Positions 27,095-40,750 of a stretch of DNA of 64,000 bases are shown piece by piece; position 1 is the first letter of the stretch; the number at the start of each line of letters is the position of its first letter. The translations under genes and the position numbers were made by a program. The notes beneath the pieces were generated by a model. It had not been told where the DNA came from. It ran no database searches and saw nothing but the letters and a program-made list of their open reading frames with translations. Source of the stretch: Leucoraja erinacea (taxonomy: Eukaryota); NCBI RefSeq assembly GCF_028641065.1, contig NC_073403.1:16058001-16122000 (forward strand), given 5' to 3'.

Positions 27095-28487
27095 GTCAGA
27101 GTGAAGTGGTATTTTGTAATTGTCAGGAGTATGAATTCCTCAATGCACTATAAATATGTTAGAGAAAATCTCATTCTGTTCAGTAATCCAGTGAAATTTC
27201 AAATGAGCATTCTTAGATGCATGTAATGCTACTGTAGGTCTCAGAAGGTTACTGTGCAGGTACTGCAAGCAATTAGGAAGTCATATGGAAAATGGTTCTT
27301 GAGAGTTTGGAGAATATGAATAAATAAATCTTGCTTAAATGACACGGCTTCGATTAGGTTAGTTTAGTTTATTGTCACGTGTACCGAGATACAGTGAAAA
27401 GCTTTTTGTTGTGCGCTAACCCATCAGCAGATGACTATACATGATTACAATCAAGCCATTTACAGTTTACAGATACATGATAGAGGGAATAACATTTAGT
27501 GCAAGATTAAGTCATGTAAAATCTGATTATGGATAGTCTGGAGGAATGAATCTTTTGCCTCAGGGAAGAGGCAACAATAATTTACTAGAAAGATTCCTTG
27601 GACTAGAGGTGTAGTCCTGAGAGGAAAGATGAAGGAAAAAGGTGTCTGGAGTTTGAAAGAATGGGTGGTGATATTAATGACTTGGATAGACTTCTTGAAG
27701 GACCATGGGGTGGAATCTGAGGGACTGATTCTCTTGACTGGAGAACCTGGAACCAATAGTCATAGCCTTAGTTTGAGGGTTGGGCAAGTTAGGACTGAGA
27801 TGAGATACTGTGGCGAATCTATGGAGCACCGTCATTTGTTGTGTGTAATTGAGCCTGAGGGGGATAGATTTTAGCATTCTAAGCCCATCAAGAGAAATGG
27901 AGACAAGGCAGTGAAATGGCTCTTGCATATGGACTCGGTGGGCTGCTCCGCACATACTTTACTGACCGGGGCGATTGAGCTTATGTATGGGGATAGCCTT
28001 GCAGATCTGTATGCAAGGCATAAATTTCACTGTACCCGGTACACATGACAATAAAGAAACCATTGACCATTGAGCATTGAAATGGATCAGGTGATCCTCT
28101 TGAATACTCGAACAAGCTTGTGGTCCAAGTATAGATGGACCTATCTCCTTGCTCTCTGATGAAACAACACACAGTGTCCATTCAACTTGTAGGTTCTGAC
28201 AGAATTGACTACACAGAAAGGAAGGAAACGAAAGAGTTTAAAATCTTTTTTCTAATATGCTGAAGTTCAGTGAAAATTAGAGTGAGACTGAACTGGGAGG
28301 GGCTGGTTAAGTCAGAAAAAGTCTCCATTAACACCAATATGCATTAAATGTAACAAGTAGAATGAATGAAAATGATGTGCATATACTCCAATTCTCTTGC
28401 ATCCTTTCCTAAATATTTGCAATTTTCCAACGCATTTGGGTCGACAAAAGGTATTCTGCAATGAAGCACTTTGTTTAATCCAACCAG

Positions 28488-28646
28488 ACCCGTTATAATG
28501 CAGTGCTAAAGAACAAGAAAGCCTTGCTCGCAGCAAAACTAGAAATCGAAGATACAACAGACGAATGTAATGCCCAGATTCAACGTTTCCAAAATAAAAT
28601 TGAGGACGACAAATTAAAAGATACAACTCAGAACCTACATCTTCAA
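28488..28646 (+). CDS. IFI35: IFI35 exon, coiled-coil
   Basis: TRYNAVLKNKKALLAAKLEIEDTTDECNAQIQRFQNKIEDDKLKDTTQNLHLQ; phase 0-0, donor GTTGGT. Confidence 0.75.
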
Positions 28647-29957
28647 GTTGGTATTTCTATAATTTTTTTAAAATATTTATTTGCGACTGGTAGCACTTCA
28701 TTGACAGGAAAATGTTGAGATAGTTCCATTTCCACTCCGTGCATGGTGCTTGGTGGCTGGAACAAGTTGATTCAATGATCAGGACAAGTCAAAACCTGAC
28801 AAGTGACAGAGGGACACAAAAAGCTGGAGTAACTCAGCAGGACAGGTACATCCTTGGAGAGGCTTCACTTCAGATAGCCCCGGCATTCCCCCTCTCTCTA
28901 TCCCTTCCCCACCCAAGTCGCACTAGCTACTCGGCTTCACCTCACAAACAGCTAACAATGTCCTGTTTCCTTTATCAGCGTTACTTTTTGCATATCTCTC
29001 GATCATTTGTTCTTTATCTCTCTATCATCGCCTATATCTCTAGATTCCCTTATCCCTAACCAGCCTCTAGATTCCCTTATCCCTAACCAGTCTCGACCCG
29101 AAACGTCACCCATTCCTTCTCTCCAGAGATGTTGCCTGTCCAGCTGAGTTGCTCCAGCTTTTTGTGTCTATCTTTGGTTTAAACCAGCATCCGCAGTTCT
29201 TTCAGACACAAGTGATAGGTGGATACAGATGAGGTGGGGGTGGGGTTGATTGATGGATGGGTGGAGTAAGTGACAAAGGTTAGAGGTGCAAAGGAGATAA
29301 AAAAAGGTGTCAGATAATGAAATGCAAATCTGTAAGAAGGGATGTAGCTGGAAGAGGACATGGGTGAGGGGAGCGAGGGGGTTAAAAAATGAGTGTAGGT
29401 CCCAGGGATGGGAGATAGACATATGCAGGAGGGGAAAGGAGCAGGGTGACTGGGTTGGTGGGAGATGCTGGGGGAAATGTGTGCACACTGGAGGTGGGGG
29501 GTGGGAGGGGGGGGGCAGGGGAAAGGGGGTTTGGATGGAAATGACTTGAAATTAGAGAATGATGGGTTGTGAGCTACCCATGCGGAATATGAGGTGCTGT
29601 TTTTTCAGTTTGCACATGGCCTCACTCTGGCAGTGGAGGAGGCCCAGGCAAGAACAATCTTTTTATGCATTTCAGTCACTGACGTTACAACTGGCACACC
29701 TTCACTGATGCAGCTTCCCAAATTCGGACTGAGATTTTGGAAGTGCCTTCCACTTCTGTTTTACTCATTCCTTTTTGCAAAATGAAAATTCTCAGTTGCC
29801 ATGAGTTACGTCCCTGTCATATGCAGTTCTCGTGAGCATGTGCATCATCCAGGAGTGAAACCTCTGTCCTGATCCTACTTCTCTTCCGTTGAAAGATCCA
29901 CCAAGGGTTTTGCATGTTTTTAAATGAACGCGTGTGTGTGTGTGTGCTATTCTGTAG

Positions 29958-30074
29958 GGGAAACTGAACGAGGTGGACAGTGAAATTGAAACGGTTACTG
30001 AGAGGGAGAATGCAGTAAAGGAAAAATTGGCCAAACTGGATGAACAGAATGCAAAGATGGAGTTACAGCTGCAG
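29958..30074 (+). CDS. IFI35: IFI35 exon, coiled-coil
   Basis: GKLNEVDSEIETVTERENAVKEKLAKLDEQNAKMELQLQ; AG/GTAAGA, phase 0-0. Confidence 0.8.
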
Positions 30075-30194
30075 GTAAGAAGGAAATAGCGATGTGTTTG
30101 TCCATCGGGTAGAGAGAATAATCTCCTCTGTGGATTTGTTCAGAATCAGCCGCTCCCCTAAGACTCAGGTTTACTTCTCTCTGAGACTTAAAGA

Positions 30195-30660
30195 GCAGGG
30201 GAGATTTACTAGGATGTTGCCAGGTCACGAGGGCTGGAGCTATCGGGAGAGATTGGGCAAGCTAGGATGTTATTCCTTGTATTGCAAAGGGGTGATCTTA
30301 TAGAGGTGTATGAAATCATGAGGGAATAAAAAAGGGTGAATGCACCAAATCTTTTATCCCACGGTAGAGGAATCAAGAATGAGAGGGTGTAGGTTTAATG
30401 TGAAACATGTAAGATTTAATAGGAACCTGAGGGGCAACGTTTTCACATAGATGGTGGTGTGTGTATGGAATGAGCTGCCAGAGGAGGGAGTTGTGGCAGG
30501 TACAATAACATCATTTAAAAGTCATTTGGACGGCTACAATGTTAGGAAAGATTTAGAGGGGTATGGGCAAAATATGGGTAAAATGGGACTAGCCTGGATG
30601 GGGCTCCTTGGTGCGCATGAGAGATAGGGCCTGTTTTTGCGCCCGATGACCTTATGACCT
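30195..30660 (+). mobile_element. CR1 LINE 3' fragment
   Basis: QGRFTRMLPGHEGWSYRERLGKLG; a similar fragment lies at ~31980-32465. Confidence 0.7.
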
Positions 30661-32580
30661 ACAGTAGCTATTGCCCAGGAATGGTCACTGTGGATGGTGG
30701 TGGCTTGGGAGAATATAAGAAGCTGTGGGTATATAAGAAGGTGAGGAAACCAATTGTCCAGCGAGACGATTGTCACTGGACATGGATTGGGAGAGTTGAA
30801 ATAGCTGGGAGAGATCAATTTCGTCGTGGGGATTATTTCAAGATTCAATTTAATTGTCACATGTACCAATTAAGATAGCGGTAAAACTTGAGTTTTTCTC
30901 AAAAGGATTTCCAATACCCTGTTGGCATGAAATGAATAATATAACTGGACTGTCCTAATACTACTTTTGACAGATGTCCCATTCAGAGCAGTCTGATCAC
31001 TCACGGCCGCTAACATAGAGATGTAGGTCTTGAAAGTCCCCTATCCACACCTTAATAAAGGTAGTCACAAAATGCTGGAGTAACTCAGCGGGTGAGGCAG
31101 CATATCTGGAGAGAAGGAATGGACGACGCCACCCATTCCTTCTCTCCAGAAACGCTGCCTCACCCGCTGAGTTACTCCAGCATTTTGTGTCTACTTACGA
31201 TTTAAACCAGCATCTGCAATTCTTTCTTACACATTCTTAATAAAGTTGTCCCTAGGTTATGAACACCCAACTTGTGAAAACCTTGTATATAGGAACGCGT
31301 ATTTGGGAGACCAGGGGCACGGCTGGGGGTGGATATGCCGACTGCTGCATTCCCTGCCGGGTGGAAGCGGGGCATTTCCGTGCTTTCTCCCCTCATTCCT
31401 CGAGCCGAAAGAGTCCGGGACCCGGTGGAGCTGAGCAGAGCTGGGAGTGCAGTGCAGACTCCCTCGCCCACTCACTGTGTCACCGGGCTGCCTGGCGGCC
31501 ACTCTTCCCACGTCCGCTCTCTCTCCCGTCTCAGTTGTTTCTCTGACCCTCTCGAGCTGTACCAGTTGTTGATGAGACCACACATGGAGCACTGTTTGCA
31601 GCTCTGGTTGCCCGGCGACAGGAAGGATGTCATTAAGTTGGCACAGCTGCTGGGTGTCACAGTGGCGCGGCTGGTAGGGCTGCTGCCTCACAGAGCCAGG
31701 GACCCGGGTTCGAGCCAGACCTCGGGTGCTGTCTGCGTGGAGCTTCCACATTCTCCTTGTGACTGCGTGGGTTTCCTCCAGGTGCTCCAGTTTCCTACCG
31801 CATCCCAAAGACGTGCAGGTTTGTAGGCTCATTGGCCTATGTAAATTGCCCTTAGTATGCAGGGAGGGGATGAGAAAGTGGAATAACATCGAACTAGTGT
31901 GAATGGGTGATCAATGGACATCGATGATTTGGTGAGCCGAGAGGGCCTGTTTCCACGCCGTACCTCTGAAACTAAAACTAAATTGGGAAGGGTGCAGAAG
32001 AGATTCACCAGGATATTACTTGGGATTACAGACTTGACATATAAGGAGAGAATGGATAGGCTGGGACTTTTTCCTTTGGAGAGTGAGAGACTGAGAGGTG
32101 ACCTTAGTGACATGTACAAGATCATAAGGGGCATGGATAAAGTGAATGATCACAGATTTTTTTCACAGGGTCAAAAGATTCTAAAACTAGAGGACATCGG
32201 CTTAAGGTGAGAAGGGGGAAATTTAAGAAGGCCCTCAAGAGCACCCTTTTCACTCAGTTGTTTGTCCATAGCTGGAATGAACCACCAGAGGAAGACATAG
32301 AAGTGTGTACAATTATGACTTTGAAAAGGACATTTGTACAGATATATCTATAGGAGGGCTTTATGAGGATAGGGGTCAAATGTAGGCAAATGGGACTTTG
32401 TTGGCATAGACAAGGTGGGATGAAGGGCCTGTTTCTGTGCTGTATAGGTCTATGACTATGACTCTTTCCAACTTATGAACCGTTCCCAGGAACGGAGCCC
32501 TGTTGTAACCTGTGGACTTACCGTAAGCAGTACGCTGTTATAATGCATGCCCATCACATTCGCATTCTGGCGTTCCGCAG

Positions 32581-32728
32581 GTTTCTAAATGTATGCCGGA
32601 GAAAAGATGGGTCTTTGCTGGTCAGGAAGCAAAAGAGCATGACCAAGAAAGAAAATATGATGTCAAGCCTTGCATTCGGTATCCAATCCAAGGGGGAAGC
32701 GCAGTGATCACATTTGAAGATGCCAAAG
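32581..32728 (+). CDS. IFI35: IFI35 exon (IFP35 N domain / start of NID1)
   Basis: VSKCMPEKRWVFAG..IRYPIQGGSAVITFEDAK, the IFI35/NMI signature; phase 0-1. Confidence 0.92.
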
Positions 32729-34349
32729 GTAGGACAGTTTTCCCCGTCACCCAGTCTGGAGGAGAAAGGATCCATTATAACCAATGCCATTTTAGTTTGG
32801 ATTCTCACGAGCAAGGTTAAAGGACCATGCACTACAAACACGGAATGGTTCTCCAAACCGATTCCAAATGACCATGGTATTGTTCGAATGTAAGGAGCGA
32901 TTAGTTGATCAGCCTCTCAATCTTGTGCAGGAAGGAACTGCAGAAGCTGGTTTAAAGCTTAGACATGGTTTAAAGATAGACACAAAATGCTGGAGTAACT
33001 CAGGGGGTTGGACAGCATCCATGGACTGGACCTATTACTTGGCCAGTTCCAGTGATATCTTGTTCCCCTATAAAGTACATAAGAGAGAGTCTCTGGTAAC
33101 TTTCCAACTACAGATGTTAAGCTCGCTGGCGTTTAGTGCCCAGCATTTTCCTTGCAGCATTTCTTGAATAGAGGCACAACATTTGCCACCCTCCAGTCTT
33201 CCAGCACCGCTCCTGTATTTATTGTAAATTTCAACCAGGGCTCCCACAATTTCCTCTCTGGTTTCTCACACTGTCGTTGGATATATCTGATCAGGTCCTG
33301 GAGATTTGTCTACCTTCAGCACCTTCAGCACCTCTTCAATGATAACACTGACTGTACTCAAGACACTTCCATTGACTGCCCCCAAGTTCCTCCGACTTCC
33401 TGTCTTTCCCCTCGGTAAATACAGAGGAGAAATACTAATTGAGGACCTTGCCCATCTCCTGTGGTTCCACACAGAGTTGACCGCTTTGATTCCTGGGGGG
33501 GGGGGGGGGGGGGGGTCACACTCTCTCTCGCTAGTTACCGTTTTCCCCTTATTCATTCATAAAAATCTCTTGTGATTGTCCTTGGACTCTTTTATCAGAC
33601 CTGAATTCTACTAACTAATATGGCAAACCAACTATTGGGAAAATCATTCACCAACCCTTCGAGAATCCCAATGGTTCGTCAAGTGACTCCCCTGGTCACT
33701 CCCCACACACTCGCCCTGACCCCCCCCCTCCCTTTCAACCTGCCGGGTTTGTATGGTTCTAGTAAAGCGCAATAATGCAGCAGGAGAAACTCAGCGGGTG
33801 CAGCAGCATCTATGGAGCGAAGGAAATAGGCAACGTTTCGGCCTGAAACGTTGCCTATTTCCTTCGCTCCATAGATGCTGCTGCACCCGCTGAGTTTCTC
33901 CAGCTTTTTTGTGTAACCTTCGATTCTTCAGCATCTGCAGTTCCTTCTTAAACGCAATAATGCAACAGTTCTGTTTATAGTTTATTGTCACGTGTACTGA
34001 GCTACAGTGAAAAGTTTTTGTTGCGTGCTAACCATTCCGCAGAAAGACAATATATGATTACAATTGATCCATTTACAGTGTCTAGATACATGATAAGGGA
34101 ATAACATTACTGGAATCACTCTGTGTAACACATGAATTAGAAGAGTGTTGAAGTATTAATAAAATAACATCTGATAGTACAAACTTTCAATCCAGCAGCA
34201 CCAAGACACCGGGAATGCTGGATTATCGGAGTGTTACTCAAGTGGGGATTAGATATTCAGTTGCAGTAAATACCACCAATCCCAGTAGAGCTCTTTGTTG
34301 TACTTTGTTTCTGCAACATGTTTGTGTTGAAGTCAATGTTACTGCCTAT

Positions 34350-34580
34350 GTGTAGGAAGGAACTGCAAGTGCTGGCTTATACCAAAGATAGATGCAAAGT
34401 GCTGGATTAAGTCAGCGGGTCAGGCAGCATCTCTGGAGAAAAGGAATAGGTGACATTTTGGGTCGGAACCCTTCTTCAGAAGATGTCTGAAGAAGTGTTA
34501 CGATCCGAAACGCCACCTACTCCTTTTCTCCAGAGATGCTGCCTGATCCGCTGAGTTACTCCAGCACTTTGTCTATCTTG
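34350..34580. repeat. Palindromic Penelope-derived short repeat (representative; others near 1632, 18085, 31062, 33785, 45215, 62516, 63460)
   Basis: gcagcatctctggagaaaaggaataggtg ... cacctactccttttctccagagatgctgc inverted pair, matching the 3' end of the GIY-YIG elements. Confidence 0.75.
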
Positions 34581-34823
34581 CAGCTCAGTGCTCCTGCATC
34601 TCTCAAGCAGGTTAGAATCATTTTATTCTATTATCTAGAGGTACAATAGAAGAATGAAGAAGAGTCTCAACCCTGAAACATCACCTATCCATGTTGTCCA
34701 GAGATGCTGCCTGACCCGGTGATTTACTCCAGCTCCCTATGTTCTACCTGTAACTAGTGGGAAGCATTAAATTGGCTGGCCTTGTAAGTTTTTTTAAATT
34801 GTGTTTTTTAATCATTATTACAG

Positions 34824-34939
34824 TTGCTGCTCAGATATTGGAGATGGGAGATCACAAAATTAAAATTGAAGACAATGAAGATATTGCAATTAATATAAAA
34901 GCTTGGCCTGTGAAGTTGCCCACAGTTGAAGAAATTGAG
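34824..34939 (+). CDS. IFI35: IFI35 exon (NID1)
   Basis: VAAQILEMGDHKIKIEDNEDIAINIKAWPVKLPTVEEIE; phase 1-0. Confidence 0.92.
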
Positions 34940-36782
34940 GTAAGTGTGAACATTGACACCGACCCTCTACCGCTCTGCTCCACTGTACATTCCTCCCCCT
35001 GCCCAGACATGTTTTTCTGCAATGTAAGAGGTGAAACACCTTTCCCTACACCTCCAACCTCACCACCATCCAGTGGCTCAAACTACACTTCCAGGTGAGG
35101 CAGAGACTCACACGCACCTCCTCTTACCGTGTCTATTCTGTGCTCCCCCTATTGTGGTCGCCTCTACATCAGTGAGGTCCAATGCAGACCACCCCCTCGC
35201 CTCTTTATACTCGCTATCTCCACTCCCCTCTTTCAGTCCAGCAGAAGGGTCTCGACTGTCAATTTCCCTGGCAAGGGGCAAGAGTTCACACCAGGCTCAC
35301 TGCAAAGCAACACTGTCTGTGACTCATCGGTCTCTGTATAATGCCCCTGATTCCATTTGTGTACTCATCCCCAGGAATATGTTCTGACACCTCGCATGGT
35401 ATCATGTCCACTTCAATATCCATGTCTACTTGACTGGCAGTGAGCCACCTCGGGAAATACCAATTCCACGGGAGGTGGTACAAAAATGAAAGCTTTTGTT
35501 TTATCTCTGGCCTGTCAAAATAAGCCTCTGTAGTTATAATATTGATCCCTTTGTAGAGCCATTGAGCTCTACAGCATGGAAACAGGCCTTTTGGCCCAAC
35601 CTGTCCATGCTGACCAAGTTGCCTAACCAAGCTAGTCCCACCTTGCCTGCACCTGCTCATATCTCTCTAAATCCTCCCTATCCATGTACAGGCATCTCTG
35701 CTGTAACATGGTAGTTGAATTTCTAAGAATCGTCATGTTACATAAAATCATGTTCCAAACACAATTATGGTGAAATGGGGCAAGAGTCTGGTGAGTTTCA
35801 GACTCGCCGTAACAAATAACAGGATGATCCGGAATAAAGGTCTTCTAAATAGATAAAAGTCTATTTTTGATATCACAAACTAAAAATATTAAAGGCTGTA
35901 TGTTATATTGTTTAATAGAGTATGGTACACATGTCAATAGAAAGGATTGCTTATCAACTTCAATGGCCACCCAGAGTGAAATTGACAGTGTGTTCTTAAG
36001 AGAGAATGATGTTTAATTACTGTGGGGAGGCTACATGGAAACAATTTTCTTTCCCCCAATATTGTTCTTTTTCCAAGACAGCTTTTTTCCTGCTTGTCAA
36101 TTCCTAAAGTAACCTTTGAGTGGTTCTTTATTTCCCAAATAAAATCCAGTACTAACTAATTTGGCCCACGTAATACAAATAGTGTTCCCTAATTCATCAA
36201 TATCATTATATCAAATTTGTCTGGACCGTTCCAAGTATCTTGTGGATATTGTTCCATACCCCATGATACTCTGTCTTGTCTCCAGATTTTCGCCTGTCAG
36301 CCACTGTACAATAAGTTCAGTTTATAAGTGTTAGGAGCAGAATTAGGCCATAATGTCTACTCTGCCATTCAAGCATGGCTGATCTATCTTTCCCCCTCAA
36401 CCCCATTCTCCAACCTTCACCCCATAACCCATGACGGCCATACTACTCAAGAATCTGTCAACATCTGTCTTAAAAATATCCATTGACTTGGCCTCCACAA
36501 CCATTTGTGGCAATGAATTCCGCAGATTCACTATCCTCTGACCAAAGAATTTCCTCGTCATCTTCTTCCTAAAGGTACGTCCTTTTATTCTTAGGCTATG
36601 GCCTTTGGTTCTAGACTCTCCCACTAGTGGAATCATTCTCTCCACGTCCACAATGAACATTAAGTTAAGAACTCTTGTGAGCTTTCTTGCTGGCAGATGT
36701 GATTCTGATTAGCATTGTGTTTGGCATCTGTCTCCATGAAGTCAGAAGCTTGGCATTGAAAAACTTAAAACTGTTTCTGCAG

Positions 36783-36969
36783 ATTCAAACTCAAGTCTGC
36801 AAACGTCGAGTGCTGATTTCAGAAATCCCAAGGTTTCTTACTGTCGACCAACTCTTGGACAAGTTAGAAATCCACTTCAGCAAACAGAAGAACAATGGAG
36901 GGGAAGTGGAAAACATTGAATTCTTGCAAGATTCTGGAAATGTGGTGATTACATTTGTGGATGAAAGAA
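36783..36969 (+). CDS. IFI35: IFI35 exon (NID)
   Basis: RRVLISEIP..LLDKLEIHFSKQKNNGGEVE..GNVVITF, the NID motif; phase 0-1. Confidence 0.95.
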
Positions 36970-37229
36970 GTAAGATATCAAATGCAAAGTTCTCTGCAAC
37001 TCCATGCATATACAACTACCCATGATTTGAGTGCATGAACCCTGAGTATCATTGGTCTCCAAAGATAGACATAAAATGCTGATGTAACTCAGTGGGTCAG
37101 GCAGCATCTCTGGAGAAAATGGATAGGTAAACGTTTTGGGTTGGGACCTTTCTTTAGCCTGACCCGCTGAGTTACTCCAATATATTGTGTCCATATAAAC
37201 CAGCACCTGCAGTTCATTTTTATTATATA

Positions 37230-38658
37230 TTAGACTAAGTGGGACCCGTTGGGTCCCATGTTCACACGAGAGGGCTGGTCCCCCAACGCAATATTCCACC
37301 TCTCCACCAATTCCAATATTGGTGGCCAGTGGAGGGGGGGCTTTTCTGGAGCGCTAGTATGGTTGTTGTGGGCTGAAGGGACTGGTTTCCAGAGGGCTAG
37401 TATGGACATTGTGGGCCAAATGGATTCTTGGGATGGCAGCTCAGTCACTCAAGCCTGATGTACTGGCAGCTCAGTCACTCAAGCCTGATGTACTGGCAGC
37501 TCACTTACGGATGGTGGGCTGGCAGTTGATTCACGGCTATTCCTTGAAATTCCATTTCAAGCAGGGTGTAAGGCCACAAAATTCAAGTGCAGTTTCATAC
37601 CACTTCAAGCAGTGTGCAAGTCCACCAAATTCAAGTGCAGTTTCCTACCACTTCAAGCAGGGTGCAAGGCCACTAAATTCAAGTACAGTTTCATATAATT
37701 TCAAGCAGGGTGCAAGGCCACCAAATTCAAATACAGTTTCATACCATTTCAAGCAGGGTGAAACCACTATAAAACCACACAAAACACCACATAAACACCA
37801 CACTCACAGTTCAGTAGACATTCAGTGGTTTCAGTTGATTCACAGCTCAGACAGTCGTGACCTCTCCCTCCCCCATCTTGCAGAGACTGAGTCACACCCA
37901 CACTTCCGAGTTTTATAATCCCCCCTCCCACTGGAAGGGGCGTGGTCTTCATGGCTTGATTGACAGGAGAGAGATTCTCAACATTTTTTAAACACTAATA
38001 ACACTTTTATTTTTCATTGATGGGAAGAATCCTCTGCACCTGATGAGCGGAGGGGGACTGAGTAAGATGGGCTAAAATCACAGCCGTAAGTGGCATTGTT
38101 TTATCTAAAATCAATATACAGTGCAAACAGGAAGTTGTCAAGTTTAGACATTTAATAATTTGCCGTTTCAAACCAACCACCACCAACCATTTGCTGTGCT
38201 TTGTTTCAAACCAACCACCACCAACCATTTGCTGTGCTTTGTTTCAAACCAACCACCACCAACCATTTGCTGTGCTTTGTTTCATTTCAAATCAACTACA
38301 TTTTTATTTTCAATCCACATTCAGGGCACTCAAGGTCAGTAAAACTACACTCACGGTTTAGTAGACATGTGTTCAGTGTTATTCACAGCTCAGACTGAGA
38401 GACGTGACCCTCTCGCTTTACCCCATCTTGCAGAGACTGACTGAGGCATTTAACACTTCTGGGTTTTATAGTCCCTCCAGAAGGGGCGTGGCCTTCAGGA
38501 GAGAGAATCTCAACATTTTTTAAACACTAATAACTCTTTTATTTTTAATCGATGGGAAAAATCCTCGTCCTGCACACTCTGAGTAAGATGGCCAAAAATC
38601 ACAGCCATAAGTGGCAGCGTTTTTTCTAAAATCAATATCAGACTTTTAGTAATATAGA
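37230..38658 (-). mobile_element. Non-autonomous Helitron (1.4 kb) in an IFI35 intron
   Basis: On the - strand: A|TCTATATT 5' end, subterminal hairpin GGGACCC-AAC-GGGTCCC (37241-37257), CTAA|T 3' end, no TSD; internal minisatellites. Confidence 0.8.
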
Positions 38659-39113
38659 TTTGGACCAATGTTTCCAGCTCTTTACTCTTTCATAAATACC
38701 TTGTAGCACCTTAATTGTACCTTTTTTTGGATCACAGCTACTTTCTGACTTTGTGAAGAGTTGTGATTGTGCATTCTAACAAGGATTTGCTCAGGATGTA
38801 TTTAAGCTCAGTTATGCTAGTTAATACAAGGTAATACAATAGTTAATACAAGGTATCCCTCTCTACCTCCCTTGTAAAGCAGTTGGGATGTTTTACTTTG
38901 CTAAAAATGCTTTCTGGATGCAAGCTGATGCTTTGAGTATCAGAGTTTCCCCCGATGAGTAATCAGTTAAAATAGAAAATCTTTAAAGACAGGCCAAAAG
39001 ACTTCTGAAATTCAAAGAAGTGGAGATGCTGGAAATCTAAAATAATAGTTCATAATACATTTTAGGTGGCCAGGTGTGATTCCGATCTGCGCTGTATCTG
39101 ACATGTGTCTTCA

Positions 39114-39800
39114 TACAATACAATACAATACAATACAATTTATTTGTCATTTGAACCTCATTGAGGTTCAAACAAAATGTTGTTTCTGCAGTCATACACA
39201 CAAGAAAAAGAACCAAGACACAACACAATTTACACAAACATCCATCACAGCGCATCTCCTCCTCGCTGTGATGGAAGGCAAAGTCCTTATCTCTCCCCTG
39301 CACTCCTCATTCTCCTCCCGATGTCAGAGTTAAAGCCCCCGGCGGGCGATGGTAAGTGTCCCGCGGACATTTAAGGCCGCGCCGGGCGATGATGTAAGGC
39401 CCCCCTCCAGGTACTCTTCAACCCCGCAACTCGGGCGGGAGAAGTCGCCGTTGCGGAAGCCCAGAAAAGCGGTCTCCCAGCAGGGACCCGTGGGCTCCCG
39501 GTGTTACCATCCACCAGAACTGCGGTAAGCCTCCGAATCTCCGGGGTCGGGTCGCAGCAGCGCGCCACCCCAGCTCCACCCGCTCCGAACTCGGCCAGCT
39601 CCGCGATGGTGGGTAAGTCCTCAGCTCCGCGATTGGAGCCCCAGGTTGTTCCGGTTAGAGGCCGCTCCACTGTGCTAGGCCCCAACGACAACGGAGACCC
39701 GACAGGGAAAAGGTCGGGTTCTCCGTACAGGGGAAAGATTTTAAAAGTTTCTGCCCCCCACACACATACACAAAAAAAATAAAAATAAAAATGAACCCAA
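39114..39800 (-). repeat. GC-rich interspersed repeat with a (CAATA)n tail
   Basis: Microsatellite at ~39116-39138 followed by a CpG-rich block unrelated to the host intron; family not identified. Confidence 0.5.
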
Positions 39801-40120
39801 GCTTCCAAACAAAGGAATTAGAAATGTTTCATTGTCATTTTTTCCGGCAATGGAACAATGACATTATTACTTGCTGCACCTTAGCAGGCCCATCAACACC
39901 ATAACAGGCAGCTGAATATATAATAATTAGTAATACAATGAATTAATAACTGTAATACTTGGTAAGCAAAAGTGCAAAATCAATGTCCGCATTGGGAAGG
40001 AATATCTGAAGGATTCTGGAAATATTCAGAATGTGACTGCTACTGCAGAAGCTGGTGGAAAAATTCGCCAGACATTACCTGGATACCGAACCGTTTCATT
40101 CCTTTAATTTTGTTTTCTAG

Positions 40121-40233
40121 TTTCTGAGAATTTGACAAAGAAAGAGTTTCATGAGGTGGTGTTTCGAGGAATTAACAAGACGTGCATGTTGAGGGTCTCG
40201 CCGTCTATTAATGGTGAAATTGTGCGCATAAAG
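40121..40233 (+). CDS. IFI35: IFI35 exon (NID2)
   Basis: ISENLTKKEFHEVVFRGINKTCMLRVSPSINGEIVRIK; phase 1-0. Confidence 0.9.
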
Positions 40234-40750
40234 GTATAGAATCTCTTACTTCCTGTTAATTTTGTGGAGGTGATTTTAAAGCAAGTGAAGTTATGCTGCA
40301 TGTGGAAAGCCTGGAGTCACACAGCACAGATACAAGCCCCATGCCAACCAAGATAGCCCAAATTAGATAGTCCCTGAGTATTAACATACAGGTTACGTGC
40401 TAACCAGTCAACAGAAAGACTGTACGTGATTGCAACTGAGCCATCCACCAGTGTACAGATACATAATAAAGGGAATAATGTTTAGTGCAAGATAAAGTCC
40501 GGCAAAGTTAGATTAAAGGTAGTCCATGGTTCTCCAATGAAATAGATAGTAGTTCAGGACCGCTCTCTATTTGTTGATAGGATGACTCATTGGCTGACAA
40601 CAGCTGGGAGAGAAACAAAAGTTACTCCACTCCTGCTATGATATCTAGTCTATTCTTTCCCCTACGAATGTTGCCTGACTTGCTGAATATTTCTGTCATG
40701 TGTTTGTGAACTTATTTACATCTTCTGTTGTATTGTGGTTTTTCCTTCAG

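Noticed and set aside
31202-31889. 210-aa and 165-aa ORFs in an IFI35 intron
   Set aside because: Composite of GC-rich sequence, CR1 and V-SINE fragments.
37409-38398. Repetitive ORFs or a CRISPR-like array
   Set aside because: Head-to-tail minisatellites without unique spacers, inside a Helitron in eukaryotic DNA.
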